Source: Candidatus Woesearchaeota archaeon
Lineage (GTDB): Archaea; Nanobdellota; Nanobdellia; Woesearchaeales; GW2011-AR9
Reading direction: 5' to 3'
NCBI GenBank assembly: GCA_018657845.1
Contig: JABHWJ010000033.1
Location: 12,834 to 76,833 of the forward strand
Length of the DNA stretch: 64,000 nucleotides
The position numbers were made by a program, and so were the translations under genes. Under the pieces are notes generated by a model that was not told the DNA's origin, searched no databases, and saw only the letters and a list, made by a program, of their open reading frames with translations. Positions 29,582 through 39,714 of the stretch are shown here, in pieces; position 1 is the stretch's first letter; each line of letters opens with the position of its first letter.

Positions 29582-29815
29582 TCAATATTTAATTTGATTA
29601 ATTGAGTTAGATCTAAAATATCTCATCAATTCAGAAACAGAAACTCTATCTTCTTCTTTAATAACCGGTTCAAGATAATCACCACCAACTGTCATCCCTT
29701 TTGCATCAGAACCTAGTTTCGGTGGAATGGGGTAATCACTAACTTTCTGTTCCAAACAACCAGGTGTTAAAACAATAGTTGTTGCTGCCCCCAATGCTAT
29801 TAAGTAACGAATCAT
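29582..29815 (-). CDS. Small putative lipoprotein
   Basis: Hydrophobic N-terminus ending TPGC. Confidence 0.5.
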   Translation of the reverse strand: MIRYLIALGAATTIVLTPGCLEQKVSDYPIPPKLGSDAKGMTVGGDYLEPVIKEEDRVSVSELMRYFRSNSINQIKY

Positions 29816-29885
29816 AATCTAAGAACAATTTTTCTACTTTTAAGTGTTGTGGAAAAACAAAATATAAGAAACTTAACAATTAATC

Positions 29886-31097
29886 TCACAATTCTCTTCT
29901 AAACATCTTACGTTTATACCTTCCCCCTGGTAACATCTCAGTTCTTGCTTCTACAAACTGTTGATAGTCTCTTGGTTTAGAAGATAGTTCTGATTGGGTA
30001 GATACTGAAGAATAAACTGGAGCACCAATCTCAACTGGTCTTTCTGCGCCCAAAGATGTTCCTAATGCAGAGATTAACCTGCCCAAGTCTCTTTCTCTTG
30101 GACTTACAGAAAGATTAAATAAAATGGCTTCACGGACAGATTCAGGAACACCTTTTCCAATCATTGTTTCTTCAGCCACATCAAAAATTATGGAATTCTC
30201 TCCTTCATTTGCAATTGTAGGTGCAACAATCATTCCTGTCGTTAAATAAAGATCAGTAGTAGTTTTTGAAAAAATATCACTTGGAATTGAAGAATCTTCA
30301 AAAAATGTTTCGGGAGCAAAATAGTCTAGAGTCCCAATCTTGGGCAGAGCATTTGCAAAACTAACTACAAAAGATCTCTCATTGGCTTCACGGAAAGAGA
30401 GCCTATACAAATCAGATCCAGTAACTCGTGAATTACCAAAATCCGTAACTGTGGTTCTTTGTCCATCAGACATAATATTCTTAGGAGTTATATCTCCATG
30501 AATAACGTTCTCTTTGTGAATTTTTTGAAGAGTTAATGCTGAATCATAAGATATTTTCAATGCAGATTCTAATGTTAATCCTTTCTCTACTAAATCATAA
30601 GTTGGTTCTCCTGGGGCTTCATCCATTTCTGTCGACATGAAAATATATTTATCAACGACAGTAAATTTCCTATCACGATATGAAACTACTCCTTCAACAC
30701 CCTGTAATGATCGTAAAATTACTCCTTCAATAATTCCTCCCACTACATGTAAATGGTCTGATTTTGAAAGTGTGAAATCAATCGACTGATCACCTTCTTG
30801 TAACCTATAACTCTTCCCACCAAGATGGTCTATCCTAACATTGTGGTGTACTCCCTCAAGTGGAACTAATGGTTTTTTACTAAATGCTAAAACTTTACGT
30901 ACGCCACCATAAGGACTTTTAGTTATTACACCAAACGAACCGGAATCACGACATTGTCCAAATACAGTTTCAAATGTTCTTTGATCTATAAGTTTAGTTG
31001 GATCAGGAACTGTATACCTTACTCCATGTGACTTAACTAAGGATCCTATTTCAGTTTGTTGTAAACCAGATCTTGTCATTTGATATTTCTTCCTCAT
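29886..31097 (-). CDS. Hanks-type Ser/Thr protein kinase
   Basis: GSFGVI, IHGDITPKNIM, TDFG, GTLDYFAPE, SDIFS. Confidence 0.88.
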   Translation of the reverse strand: MRKKYQMTRSGLQQTEIGSLVKSHGVRYTVPDPTKLIDQRTFETVFGQCRDSGSFGVITKSPYGGVRKVLAFSKKPLVPLEGVHHNVRIDHLGGKSYRLQEGDQSIDFTLSKSDHLHVVGGIIEGVILRSLQGVEGVVSYRDRKFTVVDKYIFMSTEMDEAPGEPTYDLVEKGLTLESALKISYDSALTLQKIHKENVIHGDITPKNIMSDGQRTTVTDFGNSRVTGSDLYRLSFREANERSFVVSFANALPKIGTLDYFAPETFFEDSSIPSDIFSKTTTDLYLTTGMIVAPTIANEGENSIIFDVAEETMIGKGVPESVREAILFNLSVSPRERDLGRLISALGTSLGAERPVEIGAPVYSSVSTQSELSSKPRDYQQFVEARTEMLPGGRYKRKMFRREL

Positions 31098-31150
31098 TTA
31101 AAAAAGGGAATATACTTTGCCCCAGTTTCTTTTATAAAACTTCCTATTTA

Positions 31151-31170
31151 CTGGAACATATATGTTACAG
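31151..31170. promoter_or_regulatory. 20-bp near-perfect palindrome upstream of the kinase promoter
   Basis: CTGGAACATATATGTTACAG, 11 bp from TTTTATAAAA (31130..31139). Confidence 0.5.
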
Positions 31171-31210
31171 AAGTAGTTATTGAAATATAATAAAAAAAGA
31201 AATAAAAAAA

Positions 31211-33406
31211 CTAAGCACCCAATGATCCTTCACTCAAACCTTTTCTGCTAACAATTTGGTTCCGAACTTTATCCTGTAATTCTCCAGGTAATCGTTCAAA
31301 GCTCTGATCCATCAAAGAACTGTTTCCACGTCCACCCGTAGCACTTCGTAAGTCATTACTCCAACCAAACATTTCTGCAACTGGCATCTTTGCTTGAATA
31401 ACAGTTATGTCTCCTTCTTGGTTCATGTCCAATAGCTGTCCTCTTTTAGAACTAACCAATTTAGAAACTTCTCCCATGTGGACATTAGGTGTTTCTATCC
31501 TCAGGACTTGTAATGGTTCATACAAGATAGGTGCAGCCTGCATCATAGCTCCCTTGATACTTTCTCTAACAGCAGGATAAATCTGAGCTGGGCCTCTGTG
31601 AATAGTGTCTTCATGTAACTTCACATCTTTCAAACGCACAACTACATTTACACACGGCTCTTTAGCTAATGGGCCAGCTTTCATAACATCTTCAAAAGTA
31701 TCTAAGACCATTTCCATAACCTCATTAATATGAACAACCCCTCTTGTTTCCTCGAGTATGATATTTCCATTGATCATTCCTTTGACATTACCTGCACTTT
31801 TTGCATCCCAACCAATACTTCTAAAAGCCGCCACTACTGTTTCGTCCTTTTTCTTGTATCTTCCTTGGGAAATCTTATTCTCCTTAATTATCTCAGCAAT
31901 ATCTTCTGGCATTGGCTCAACAATCATGTAAAATTTATTGTGTTTATTTGGAGATTTTCCTTCTATTTCAGGACTTTCCTTAGTAATAGTTTCTCTATAT
32001 ACCACGATTGGTGAAGAGGTTTTAATTTCAACTCCTTTTTCACTTCTAATTCTGTTTTCAATGACTTCTAGGTGTAATTCACCCATACCATGCATTAAGT
32101 GTTCTCCTGTTTCTTCGTTAATCTCAACAACAATAGTTGGATCTTCTTTTTGTACTTGACGAAGAACTTCAATTAATTTAGGTAAATCTGCAGGTTTAGT
32201 AGCTTCAACTGCTTTGGTAACTACTGGATCAAAGATATGTGAAATCTTCTCAAAAGGTTCTGCTTTTCCTCCAGAAGTAACAGTTTCTCCTGGCATTCCT
32301 GATTTCAATCCCGCCACCCCAATAATATTTCCTGCAGGGACATTGTCAACAATTTCTCTTTTTGCCCCATTGTAAACATATACTTGTTGAACCCTTCCAG
32401 GAGAGTTAGCCATATTCAAGAAAACTTCTTCTCCCTTTTTCATTGTTCCACCAAAAAGTCGTCCAGCAGCAATTTCTCCCGCTTGTGGATCAACAACAAC
32501 TTTAGTGATTACAAAAAATAATCGTCCATTAGGATCACATTCGATCAAAGATTTTCCTTCGGCACTTTCTAAATCTCCATGCCATAATCTTGGAATTCTA
32601 TACTTTTGGGCTTGCACTGGGTCAGGGCTATGTTCAATAACCATGTCCAAAACTACTTCGTGAATTGGTGCCTTCTTGGCCAAAGCTTTAACTTTTTCTT
32701 TAATCTCTTCTTCAGTCCCACTATAGGCATCAATAATATCTTTGAAAGAAACTCCTTTCTTCTGCATGTAAGGTAATGAAATTCCCCAATTATGAAAAGC
32801 ACTTCCAAAAGCAACTGTTCCTTTTTCAATACTAACTTGCCATTTTTCTTTATACTCTTCTGGTGCAACACTTTTAATCATCCGATTTACTTCAGTAATA
32901 TATTTAACAAATCTCTGTTGCATCTGTTCTGGAGTTAACTTTAATTCCTTGATTAATCGGTCAGTTTTATTGATAAACAAAACTGGCCTAACCAGTTCTT
33001 TTAGAGCTTGTCTTAATACTGTTTCAGTCTGTGGCATTGCTCCTTCAGAAGCACAAATTAAAACGATTGCTCCATCTACTGCCCTCATTGCTCGAGTTAC
33101 GTCTCCACCAAAATCAACGTGACCTGGAGTGTCAATTAAATTAATTAAAAATTCTTTTTCATCTACATTATGGACCATAGAAACGGATGCAGAATCGATA
33201 GTAATTCCTCTTTCCTGTTCGTCTTCATGAAAATCTAAGTTTCTTGCCTTACCTGCAAGCTCTTCACTCATCATTCCAGCTCCTGCTAATAAATTATCAG
33301 AAAAAGTTGTTTTTCCGTGATCAATATGTGCACAAACCCCAATATTTCTAATCTGTTCGGGACTACCTGCAAGTCTCATTACCTTATCTGTCATTTTCTC
33401 TGCCAT
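31211..33406 (-). CDS. fusA: Translation elongation factor EF-2
   Basis: AHIDHGKTT, DTPGHVDF, GMGELHL, diphthamide loop HEDTIHRGPAQ. Confidence 0.98.
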   Translation of the reverse strand: MAEKMTDKVMRLAGSPEQIRNIGVCAHIDHGKTTFSDNLLAGAGMMSEELAGKARNLDFHEDEQERGITIDSASVSMVHNVDEKEFLINLIDTPGHVDFGGDVTRAMRAVDGAIVLICASEGAMPQTETVLRQALKELVRPVLFINKTDRLIKELKLTPEQMQQRFVKYITEVNRMIKSVAPEEYKEKWQVSIEKGTVAFGSAFHNWGISLPYMQKKGVSFKDIIDAYSGTEEEIKEKVKALAKKAPIHEVVLDMVIEHSPDPVQAQKYRIPRLWHGDLESAEGKSLIECDPNGRLFFVITKVVVDPQAGEIAAGRLFGGTMKKGEEVFLNMANSPGRVQQVYVYNGAKREIVDNVPAGNIIGVAGLKSGMPGETVTSGGKAEPFEKISHIFDPVVTKAVEATKPADLPKLIEVLRQVQKEDPTIVVEINEETGEHLMHGMGELHLEVIENRIRSEKGVEIKTSSPIVVYRETITKESPEIEGKSPNKHNKFYMIVEPMPEDIAEIIKENKISQGRYKKKDETVVAAFRSIGWDAKSAGNVKGMINGNIILEETRGVVHINEVMEMVLDTFEDVMKAGPLAKEPCVNVVVRLKDVKLHEDTIHRGPAQIYPAVRESIKGAMMQAAPILYEPLQVLRIETPNVHMGEVSKLVSSKRGQLLDMNQEGDITVIQAKMPVAEMFGWSNDLRSATGGRGNSSLMDQSFERLPGELQDKVRNQIVSRKGLSEGSLGA

Positions 33407-33538
33407 AGTATATTCACCTTGTTATTTTGTTTTAATTATTAGTAGTAGAAACTTTTCTCTGGTCCTTTTTAAGTTTTTTGTTGGTTTCTTACTATTTCTA
33501 TCAAATTTATAAGAATTAAGAATAACAAAGAAATAAGA

Positions 33539-34057
33539 TTACAACTCAGATAATCTCTTGCTAAGAAGACTTTTAATTTGTCTAGCAACACCCTGAGCTT
33601 GTTTTTCTACATTTTTTAACAAATAACCTTGAGCAATTGACGGAAACAATTCAGAAGCTGTATTATCTCCATTATACACTCCGATTAGTTCATATACTCC
33701 CATTTCAACACGACCAACAATCCCTCCTTCTTCGTCTCTCTCATAATGACTAATTGTAGAAACTTGATGTTCCCAAGCAATACGCTCACCATTTTGGCCT
33801 TTACTAGCGGCTTGTTTTGCATTTTCTTCTTCTGTTCTATTAATAACTCCTACAGATTCCACCAATGCATTACTAACAGCTTGCTCTAGATCTCCTTCAC
33901 CAACAACAGAAACTAAGATGCTTTTCCCATGAGTCTCATAAGGAACCACAATTTTATCTTGTACACTATATCTATGTTCTTCAAAAAGGGGTTGAACGTA
34001 TTGATCAAATCCTTCCAATGTAAGATCTTGTCCGATTAAAAAATTTCCAGATGCCAT
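33539..34057 (-). CDS. Hypothetical protein
   Basis: 172-aa ORF with GGAG RBS and TATA. Confidence 0.6.
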   Translation of the reverse strand: MASGNFLIGQDLTLEGFDQYVQPLFEEHRYSVQDKIVVPYETHGKSILVSVVGEGDLEQAVSNALVESVGVINRTEEENAKQAASKGQNGERIAWEHQVSTISHYERDEEGGIVGRVEMGVYELIGVYNGDNTASELFPSIAQGYLLKNVEKQAQGVARQIKSLLSKRLSEL

Positions 34058-34104
34058 TTTATACTCCAGAAGTCAGTCACTTTTTAAACTTTTCTTAATA
34101 ATAA

Positions 34105-34383
34105 TTAAAACGGTTTATACTTAGAACTCCGATTACATTTGTAAAAACTAACATAATGTCTAAACAACGGATCTTTAGAATCGCCACATCTAATTTCCAC
34201 CCTCGAACCTAAAAAACTACAAAGTAATGGCTCCTTCTGATTACTCGGATAAAAGTAAGTGCAGTACATACAATTGCCCCCTCTTTTTTCCTTACCTCCG
34301 TTTTGGTAAGTCCCCCACTTAGTACATTTATCTACTTCTTCGTCCATTCGTTCTTCTAGACATTTAGACATCTTCTCCTCCAA
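34105..34383 (-). CDS. Small Cys-rich hypothetical protein
   Basis: CMYC ... C ... C pattern. Confidence 0.45.
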   Translation of the reverse strand: MEEKMSKCLEERMDEEVDKCTKWGTYQNGGKEKRGGNCMYCTYFYPSNQKEPLLCSFLGSRVEIRCGDSKDPLFRHYVSFYKCNRSSKYKPF

Positions 34384-34518
34384 TAAAAAAACCTAGAATA
34401 ATCTAAGCCTTTAGCAACTTTAGAAAAGAAAATTGAGTATATAAGTTTTCCTAACTAGAAATATCTCAAAAAGAAATACATAATCACAAGAATAAAAAAG
34501 AAATAATAAAATAAAAAA

Positions 34519-35160
34519 CTAACTTTCAATAACTTTAAAGATTCGGTCCAGAATCTCTTCCTTGTGTTTTCCAAAGTCTTCATTAACAGTTACTTCTTTC
34601 AACAAACCCTTCTCTTGATAATAACCAATCAAAGGAGCAGTTTGTTCTTCGTAAACTTTTAATCTTTCCTCAATAACTTCGGGAAGTTCATCAGATCTTT
34701 GTACTAATTTTCCACCACACTTGTCGCAAACACCTTCTTGTTTTGGTGGAATGTTTACAACATGAAAGATTGCTGCACAGTTACTACAAGTTCTTCTTCC
34801 AGTCAAACGTTGCATGATTACCTCTTTATCAGCTTTGAAATTGAGTACTAAATCAATTTCAGAAAATTCAGATAATGCCTCTGCTTGTGGAATAGTTCTT
34901 GGAAAACCATCCAAAATAAATCCGTTTGGTGTATCTTCTCTACCCAAACGTTCTTTCATCATTCCAATCGTAACTTCATCGGGGACTAATTTGCCAGAGT
35001 CAATAATCTCTTTAGCTTTTTTTCCTAGTTCGGTTTCGTTTTTAATATTCTCTCTGAACAAATCTCCAGTGGAAATACTCAAAACATTATATTTCTTAGT
35101 AATCTCTGCAGCATAAGTTCCTTTTCCTACGCCCGGACTTCCTAATGCAATTATTTTCAT
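34519..35160 (-). CDS. adk: Adenylate kinase, bacterial/long type with Zn lid
   Basis: GSPGVGKGT, STGDLFR, LDGFPRT, CSNC..CDKC. Confidence 0.96.
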   Translation of the reverse strand: MKIIALGSPGVGKGTYAAEITKKYNVLSISTGDLFRENIKNETELGKKAKEIIDSGKLVPDEVTIGMMKERLGREDTPNGFILDGFPRTIPQAEALSEFSEIDLVLNFKADKEVIMQRLTGRRTCSNCAAIFHVVNIPPKQEGVCDKCGGKLVQRSDELPEVIEERLKVYEEQTAPLIGYYQEKGLLKEVTVNEDFGKHKEEILDRIFKVIES

Positions 35161-35171
35161 TTTTATTCACC

Positions 35172-35753
35172 TCAATATTTATGCATAACTTTCCATCTTT
35201 CCTTTTCCCAGGAAAAAATTTCTTCAGGTGTAAACCACAACCCAATTTCATTTTCAGCTTCCTCTTTATTTCCAGAAGCATGAACTAAATTTCTTAATGG
35301 TCTTCCTAACTTATCAGCCATACCATAGGATTCGGTACTGAAATCTCCTCGGATAGTTCCAATAGGTGCACCTTTTGATTCAGCAGGACCAACAATTTTC
35401 CTACCAACTTCAATTGCATGAAAACCTTCCCAAATCATTGCCACAACCGGGCCTTCAGTCAAGTATTTCATATTCCAATTTTTAACACGAGTAGCAATTT
35501 CTTCATTAGTTTCTTTTACCTCTGCCCCTCTAGAAGCGGCAGCTTTTCGGGTATTTTCTCCTAATTTTTCAATAAAAGCTGGAGTTAACACATAGTGTTT
35601 ATCTGCAATTGCTTCTGTCGGTAAAACCATTTTCATGGCAACTAACTTTAATCCCCTTTGTTCAAATCTTTTAAGAATCTCTCCAACCAATCCACGTTGT
35701 ACTCCATCGTGTTTAACTGCAATAAATGTTTGTTCAATTAATTCTTTTACCAT
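35172..35753 (-). CDS. ndk: Nucleoside diphosphate kinase
   Basis: KHDGVQRGL, GTIRGDF, NLVHAS. Confidence 0.95.
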   Translation of the reverse strand: MVKELIEQTFIAVKHDGVQRGLVGEILKRFEQRGLKLVAMKMVLPTEAIADKHYVLTPAFIEKLGENTRKAAASRGAEVKETNEEIATRVKNWNMKYLTEGPVVAMIWEGFHAIEVGRKIVGPAESKGAPIGTIRGDFSTESYGMADKLGRPLRNLVHASGNKEEAENEIGLWFTPEEIFSWEKERWKVMHKY

Positions 35754-35766
35754 TTTTTAAGACCTC

Positions 35767-36078
35767 TCATTTAAGTGATTCTTTTAACCATTCTTTAGCT
35801 TCTTCATTAATCTGCTCAACATCAAAAACTTCTATTACTGGCAAATCATAAGAATGAAGTGATTTTATTTTCTCAACAACTTTTTCAACAGAATCTTCAT
35901 TTGTCTTGATCCAAAGAGTGATCTCTTTTCCCCTCTCTATTTCTCCTTTCCAAACAAATCTACTGTTAACTGGCCACCAATTGATACAGGCCGCCAGCTT
36001 TTCTTCTAACAGTAATTTCATGATCTCTTCTGCTTTACTTTCGTCATCAATACAAGTAGATACTATCTTGAGATTCAT
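35767..36078 (-). CDS. cutA: Divalent-cation tolerance protein CutA
   Basis: LAACIN, WKG, HSYDLP. Confidence 0.92.
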   Translation of the reverse strand: MNLKIVSTCIDDESKAEEIMKLLLEEKLAACINWWPVNSRFVWKGEIERGKEITLWIKTNEDSVEKVVEKIKSLHSYDLPVIEVFDVEQINEEAKEWLKESLK

Positions 36079-36260
36079 TTCTTTTTATGTTCATTTCTGA
36101 AAAGTTCTGTCCACCTTATTCTTAATGGTTTCCTCTTCAGTTTCAATGTATTCTTCTCACATTTACTAGAACAAAAGTTAAAGACTTTTCCATTAGTAAA
36201 TACAAAAATCTTACCTGTTCCTTTCTTGATTGATTCTCCACAAAAATTGCATCTTGGCAT
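36075..36260 (-). CDS. rpl24e: 50S ribosomal protein L24e
   Basis: CNFCG..GTG..FCSSKCEK..RWT. Confidence 0.95.
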   Translation of the reverse strand: MPRCNFCGESIKKGTGKIFVFTNGKVFNFCSSKCEKNTLKLKRKPLRIRWTELFRNEHKKK

Positions 36261-36270
36261 ATTAGTTCAC

Positions 36271-36564
36271 CTATTTCTTGCCGCCTTTTCTTCGGCCGCC
36301 ACCGATTCTCTGTGCTTCAATTTCGGTTTCTGTAAGCATTAATGTGTCTCCGATTCTTACTGGGCCTTTGACATTTCTTCTAATTGTTTTATTCTTGTCT
36401 CTCCCATCTAAGATCTGACATAACACTTGAGTAATTTCTCCTCGACTTCCAGCTCTTGCAACGATTTCTTTTACTTCAGCAGGGACCGCACGAAAGAATT
36501 CAATCTTACCTTCTACTTTACTTTCGGACTTGTCATGCTTTTTGTCCATCATCTGTCGAGCCAT
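36271..36564 (-). CDS. rps28e: 30S ribosomal protein S28e
   Basis: [20 protein letters not shown]. Confidence 0.93.
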   Translation of the reverse strand: MARQMMDKKHDKSESKVEGKIEFFRAVPAEVKEIVARAGSRGEITQVLCQILDGRDKNKTIRRNVKGPVRIGDTLMLTETEIEAQRIGGGRRKGGKK

Positions 36565-36565
36565 T

Positions 36566-36901
36566 TTATTCCTCTTTCTTCTCAGAAGATTTTCCTAATC
36601 CTGCAATAAGAGTTTTAGCTTCTCCTTCTTTTACTACAGCTACTGCACTACATCCAACTCCTAAACCTGCAGCTGCTCCTAATTCATCTTTTTTGCTTAT
36701 TTCAAAACAAAGAATATTTTTATCCTTGCATAACAAAGGCAAGTGCATGATAACTTCTTTTGGAGAAACGTCTCCTGCGTAAAGAACTAACTTTGCATCT
36801 CCTTTCTCAATGGATTTGGTAGCTTCGTTAGATCCTTTTCTTATTTTGCCAGTCTCTCTAGCAATTTCAACAATTTCTAATAATTTTGCTTCATCAGCCA
36901 T
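36566..36901 (-). CDS. rpl7ae: 50S ribosomal protein L7Ae
   Basis: [26 protein letters not shown]; start re-set to MADEAK. Confidence 0.95.
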   Translation of the reverse strand: MADEAKLLEIVEIARETGKIRKGSNEATKSIEKGDAKLVLYAGDVSPKEVIMHLPLLCKDKNILCFEISKKDELGAAAGLGVGCSAVAVVKEGEAKTLIAGLGKSSEKKEE

Positions 36902-36950
36902 TTTTATTAACCTCAATTAAATTTATTTAGTAACAAAGAATTATCCATGT

Positions 36951-36979
36951 TACCTCCTTGGTTCACCAAGTCATTGGTA
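36951..36979 (-). promoter_or_regulatory. Kink-turn in rpl7ae 5' leader
   Basis: UACC-AAU-GA-CUUGG-UGAA-CCAAG-GA-GGUA: C-stem, 3-nt bulge, tandem G.A/A.G, NC stem; TATA at 37001..37010. Confidence 0.85.
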
Positions 36980-37031
36980 TACACCCTAGAACAGCACCTT
37001 ATTTATAAATGTTTATGTTAAAATTAATTGC

Positions 37032-37721
37032 TTACCCTTCCTTAACCAGCTTATCAAACCACTTAGTATCAAAGTCAGGAAAGTCCTTTTCAGTATAAAT
37101 TAACTTTGCTCCCACTGAATCCCACAAGAAAAATGAGTCTTGCCTTACCTCTCCACTATGGACCATCATATCTGGGGGTGCAAAATAAGAAGTATACAAG
37201 TTCTCTTTGATTGTATCTCTATTAATAAAATCTGGATCTAATTTCCCAGATACAATCTGTTTAGCCATAATTCTAAACGCATCAACTAATTCATCTTGAC
37301 CATCATAATTAAAACACAAATTCAAAAAGAATTGATCATAGCCTCTTGTTTCTTCAATTAATTTTTTTAGTGGTTGAATCAACTCGGAAGGAAGATCATA
37401 CCACTTCCCCAATAAACTCACCCTTACTTTATGTTCATTTAAAAAATTCTTCAAGAAATCACCTTCAATAAACTCTTTCAAAACCAAAAATAATTCTTTT
37501 CGTTCTTCTTGTTGTAGATGTAATATTAATAGACTTAAAATTGGAATTCCTCCTTCGACTTGAGTCCTCATCACTTCTTTAATCTTAGAAAAACTTCTTA
37601 AGTAACCATCTTCTAAACTAACTTTATTCTCACCACACCAATCTTTAACTCCTTTAGTACCTATGGCAATATGTAAGAATCTAGCCCTACTTTCTTCTTT
37701 CTTCTTCCAAAAAGGGAACAT
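37032..37721 (-). CDS. cis-prenyltransferase (UppS-like), degenerate active site
   Basis: HIAI, LNLCFNYDGQDEL, PDMM, FFLWD; DGN.R motif replaced by TKGVK. Confidence 0.8.
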   Translation of the reverse strand: MFPFWKKKEESRARFLHIAIGTKGVKDWCGENKVSLEDGYLRSFSKIKEVMRTQVEGGIPILSLLILHLQQEERKELFLVLKEFIEGDFLKNFLNEHKVRVSLLGKWYDLPSELIQPLKKLIEETRGYDQFFLNLCFNYDGQDELVDAFRIMAKQIVSGKLDPDFINRDTIKENLYTSYFAPPDMMVHSGEVRQDSFFLWDSVGAKLIYTEKDFPDFDTKWFDKLVKEG

Positions 37722-37746
37722 TTAATGTAAAATAATTAAAAAATAT

Positions 37747-38193
37747 TTAAAAGTTACTAGAATCTTGCTTATCTTTTACTCCTTGGTGTATGGTTGTAAC
37801 TGTTTTTCTAACTGATATAGCACATAATCCGACCGGACCTAAAACCTTAACAATGGGGCAATTCCCTGGACCGCTGTAGGAATGTCTCACATCATCTATT
37901 AATGGAATAACGCTCTCCTCGACATATGCCGGATTCAGGTTTTCCACTTCCCTCACTATTTCGGATAACTCACTAACGTCCGTTCCTAATGGGAGAATAT
38001 GCCAGTGATTGGTTAATGCTTGATAACCTTGATTTAAATGTACTTTTGCTTGTTCCACAGTTTGTTGGGTTCCTCCCGCAACATAATCTTTCAAGAGATC
38101 TACGGCATCGTTCAAACTAGCTGTTCCCTCTAAAACACCAAAAAAACTGTCTACTCCCTTGTAGGTCAAGTAACCAGATACTAGAGTCGCCAT
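37747..38193 (-). CDS. Hypothetical protein
   Basis: 148-aa ORF with GGTGGGGG RBS. Confidence 0.5.
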   Translation of the reverse strand: MATLVSGYLTYKGVDSFFGVLEGTASLNDAVDLLKDYVAGGTQQTVEQAKVHLNQGYQALTNHWHILPLGTDVSELSEIVREVENLNPAYVEESVIPLIDDVRHSYSGPGNCPIVKVLGPVGLCAISVRKTVTTIHQGVKDKQDSSNF

Positions 38194-38227
38194 CCCCCAC
38201 CCTAATGTTTTTTTTTACATCCATTTT

Positions 38228-39610
38228 TTACCTCGCAATCTCTCTTATCTCCTCTACTGTTTTGTAAGCATCCATCAAATTATTATAAAAACTAAACGAA
38301 GCTCTAACTGCTCCCGGAAGTTTCATCATTCCCTTGGAAAAACCCAAATTCATTGCTAATGCTCTTGCTTCATGACCTAGAGAATACCCAACTAATTTCC
38401 CCCCCAAAATATGGGAACAAAAACAGCCGTCTCGAACACTTATTCCTTTTCTATCTAGCTCCTGAGCAACATGATCATAGCTTTTTTTCAGTACATGTCC
38501 CAGATTAAAAGTCACCACTGCAGTCCTATTTTCAAAATCCTTAGGCCCATAAATCCTTATGTCTTTAATCTTCTCCAACTCCTCAACAAAATACTTTCCT
38601 AATTCTTCATCATGGGCCGCAATTTTGTCCATTCCTAGCCTCTCTAAAAAATCAATAGTGTATCTCCATTCAATCGCTCCTTCAATATCTGGAGTTCCCG
38701 GCTCAAACCGTTCTGGGTAACCAGAATAATTAGTGAAATGTCTAGATACTAACTCGACTGCACTCCCTCCGCTAATTTTTGTTTCCAGACATCTCTTGCT
38801 CTTATTATTAACAAACATTGCTCCAATGCCAGTGGGACCATACATTTTATGAGCAGAAACTCCTACAAAATCCACGTCCAAAGCATCTAAATAAATAGGC
38901 ACATGTCCCGCAGATTGCGCTATATCTAAATAAATAAACCCTCTACTTCCTAAAATCTCTCTTACTTCTTTAACCGGATTAATAACCCCGGTGACATTAG
39001 AAGCATGAACCAAATTCAATAAAATCTTTCCATTTTTATGTTCATCAACAATCTTCTCTAAATGCTCTAAATCCAATCTCCCTTCTCCGTCAATTTTAAC
39101 AAAACCAACTTTAGCTCCCTTGTCTTTAGCAAAATTTCTCGCCGTCACAATCTGAGAATTGTGTTCCCCTTCAGTATACAAAAATAAATCTCCCTCTTTG
39201 AAAGGAAACCTCGTCCCGATCCAATTAGAAGCATCAGTAGTTCCAGAAGTAAAAGCCAAAACATAATTTCCTGCTCCAAAAAAATCGACCAATTTGTCTT
39301 TAGCCAATTCATATTGCTCTTGTGCCTCTCTAGCCTCAGCAGAATTCTTGGAATGATTACTTCCCCTAATAGTATTGCTTCTGTAATTGTGAATTAAATC
39401 CTTGACAGACTGGGGAACCTGAGAAGTAGCCGTCGTATCTAAATAAACCCGTCCGTTTCTATCTAAAATTCCAAATTCTTCTTTCCTCAAAATTCCATGA
39501 AAAGGCAACAATCCTGGAAAGGCCTCTCTCTCTCTCTCCTTCCCATCTCCTAGAATTCTCAATACATCAACAAATCCATCTTCCTTCAAATAATCTTCCA
39601 ACCCACCCAT
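38228..39610 (-). CDS. sufS: Cysteine desulfurase (SufS-like, class V aminotransferase)
   Basis: YLDTTAT, EHNS, SAHKMYGPTGIG, FEPGTP, RDGCFC. Confidence 0.88.
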   Translation of the reverse strand: MGGLEDYLKEDGFVDVLRILGDGKEREREAFPGLLPFHGILRKEEFGILDRNGRVYLDTTATSQVPQSVKDLIHNYRSNTIRGSNHSKNSAEAREAQEQYELAKDKLVDFFGAGNYVLAFTSGTTDASNWIGTRFPFKEGDLFLYTEGEHNSQIVTARNFAKDKGAKVGFVKIDGEGRLDLEHLEKIVDEHKNGKILLNLVHASNVTGVINPVKEVREILGSRGFIYLDIAQSAGHVPIYLDALDVDFVGVSAHKMYGPTGIGAMFVNNKSKRCLETKISGGSAVELVSRHFTNYSGYPERFEPGTPDIEGAIEWRYTIDFLERLGMDKIAAHDEELGKYFVEELEKIKDIRIYGPKDFENRTAVVTFNLGHVLKKSYDHVAQELDRKGISVRDGCFCSHILGGKLVGYSLGHEARALAMNLGFSKGMMKLPGAVRASFSFYNNLMDAYKTVEEIREIAR

Positions 39611-39714
39611 ATTTCTTTGAGAACCCAACTTTCTTATAAAGTTTTCTTAACAAACCTCTAAAAATATCCTCCACCACAATAATCAATATAAACTACCTTT
39701 AACCATAAAATTCC

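Noticed and set aside
34519..35160. Bacterial-type adenylate kinase as a sign of contamination
   Set aside because: Embedded in an archaeal L7Ae-S28e-L24e-ndk operon; this type is known in several archaea
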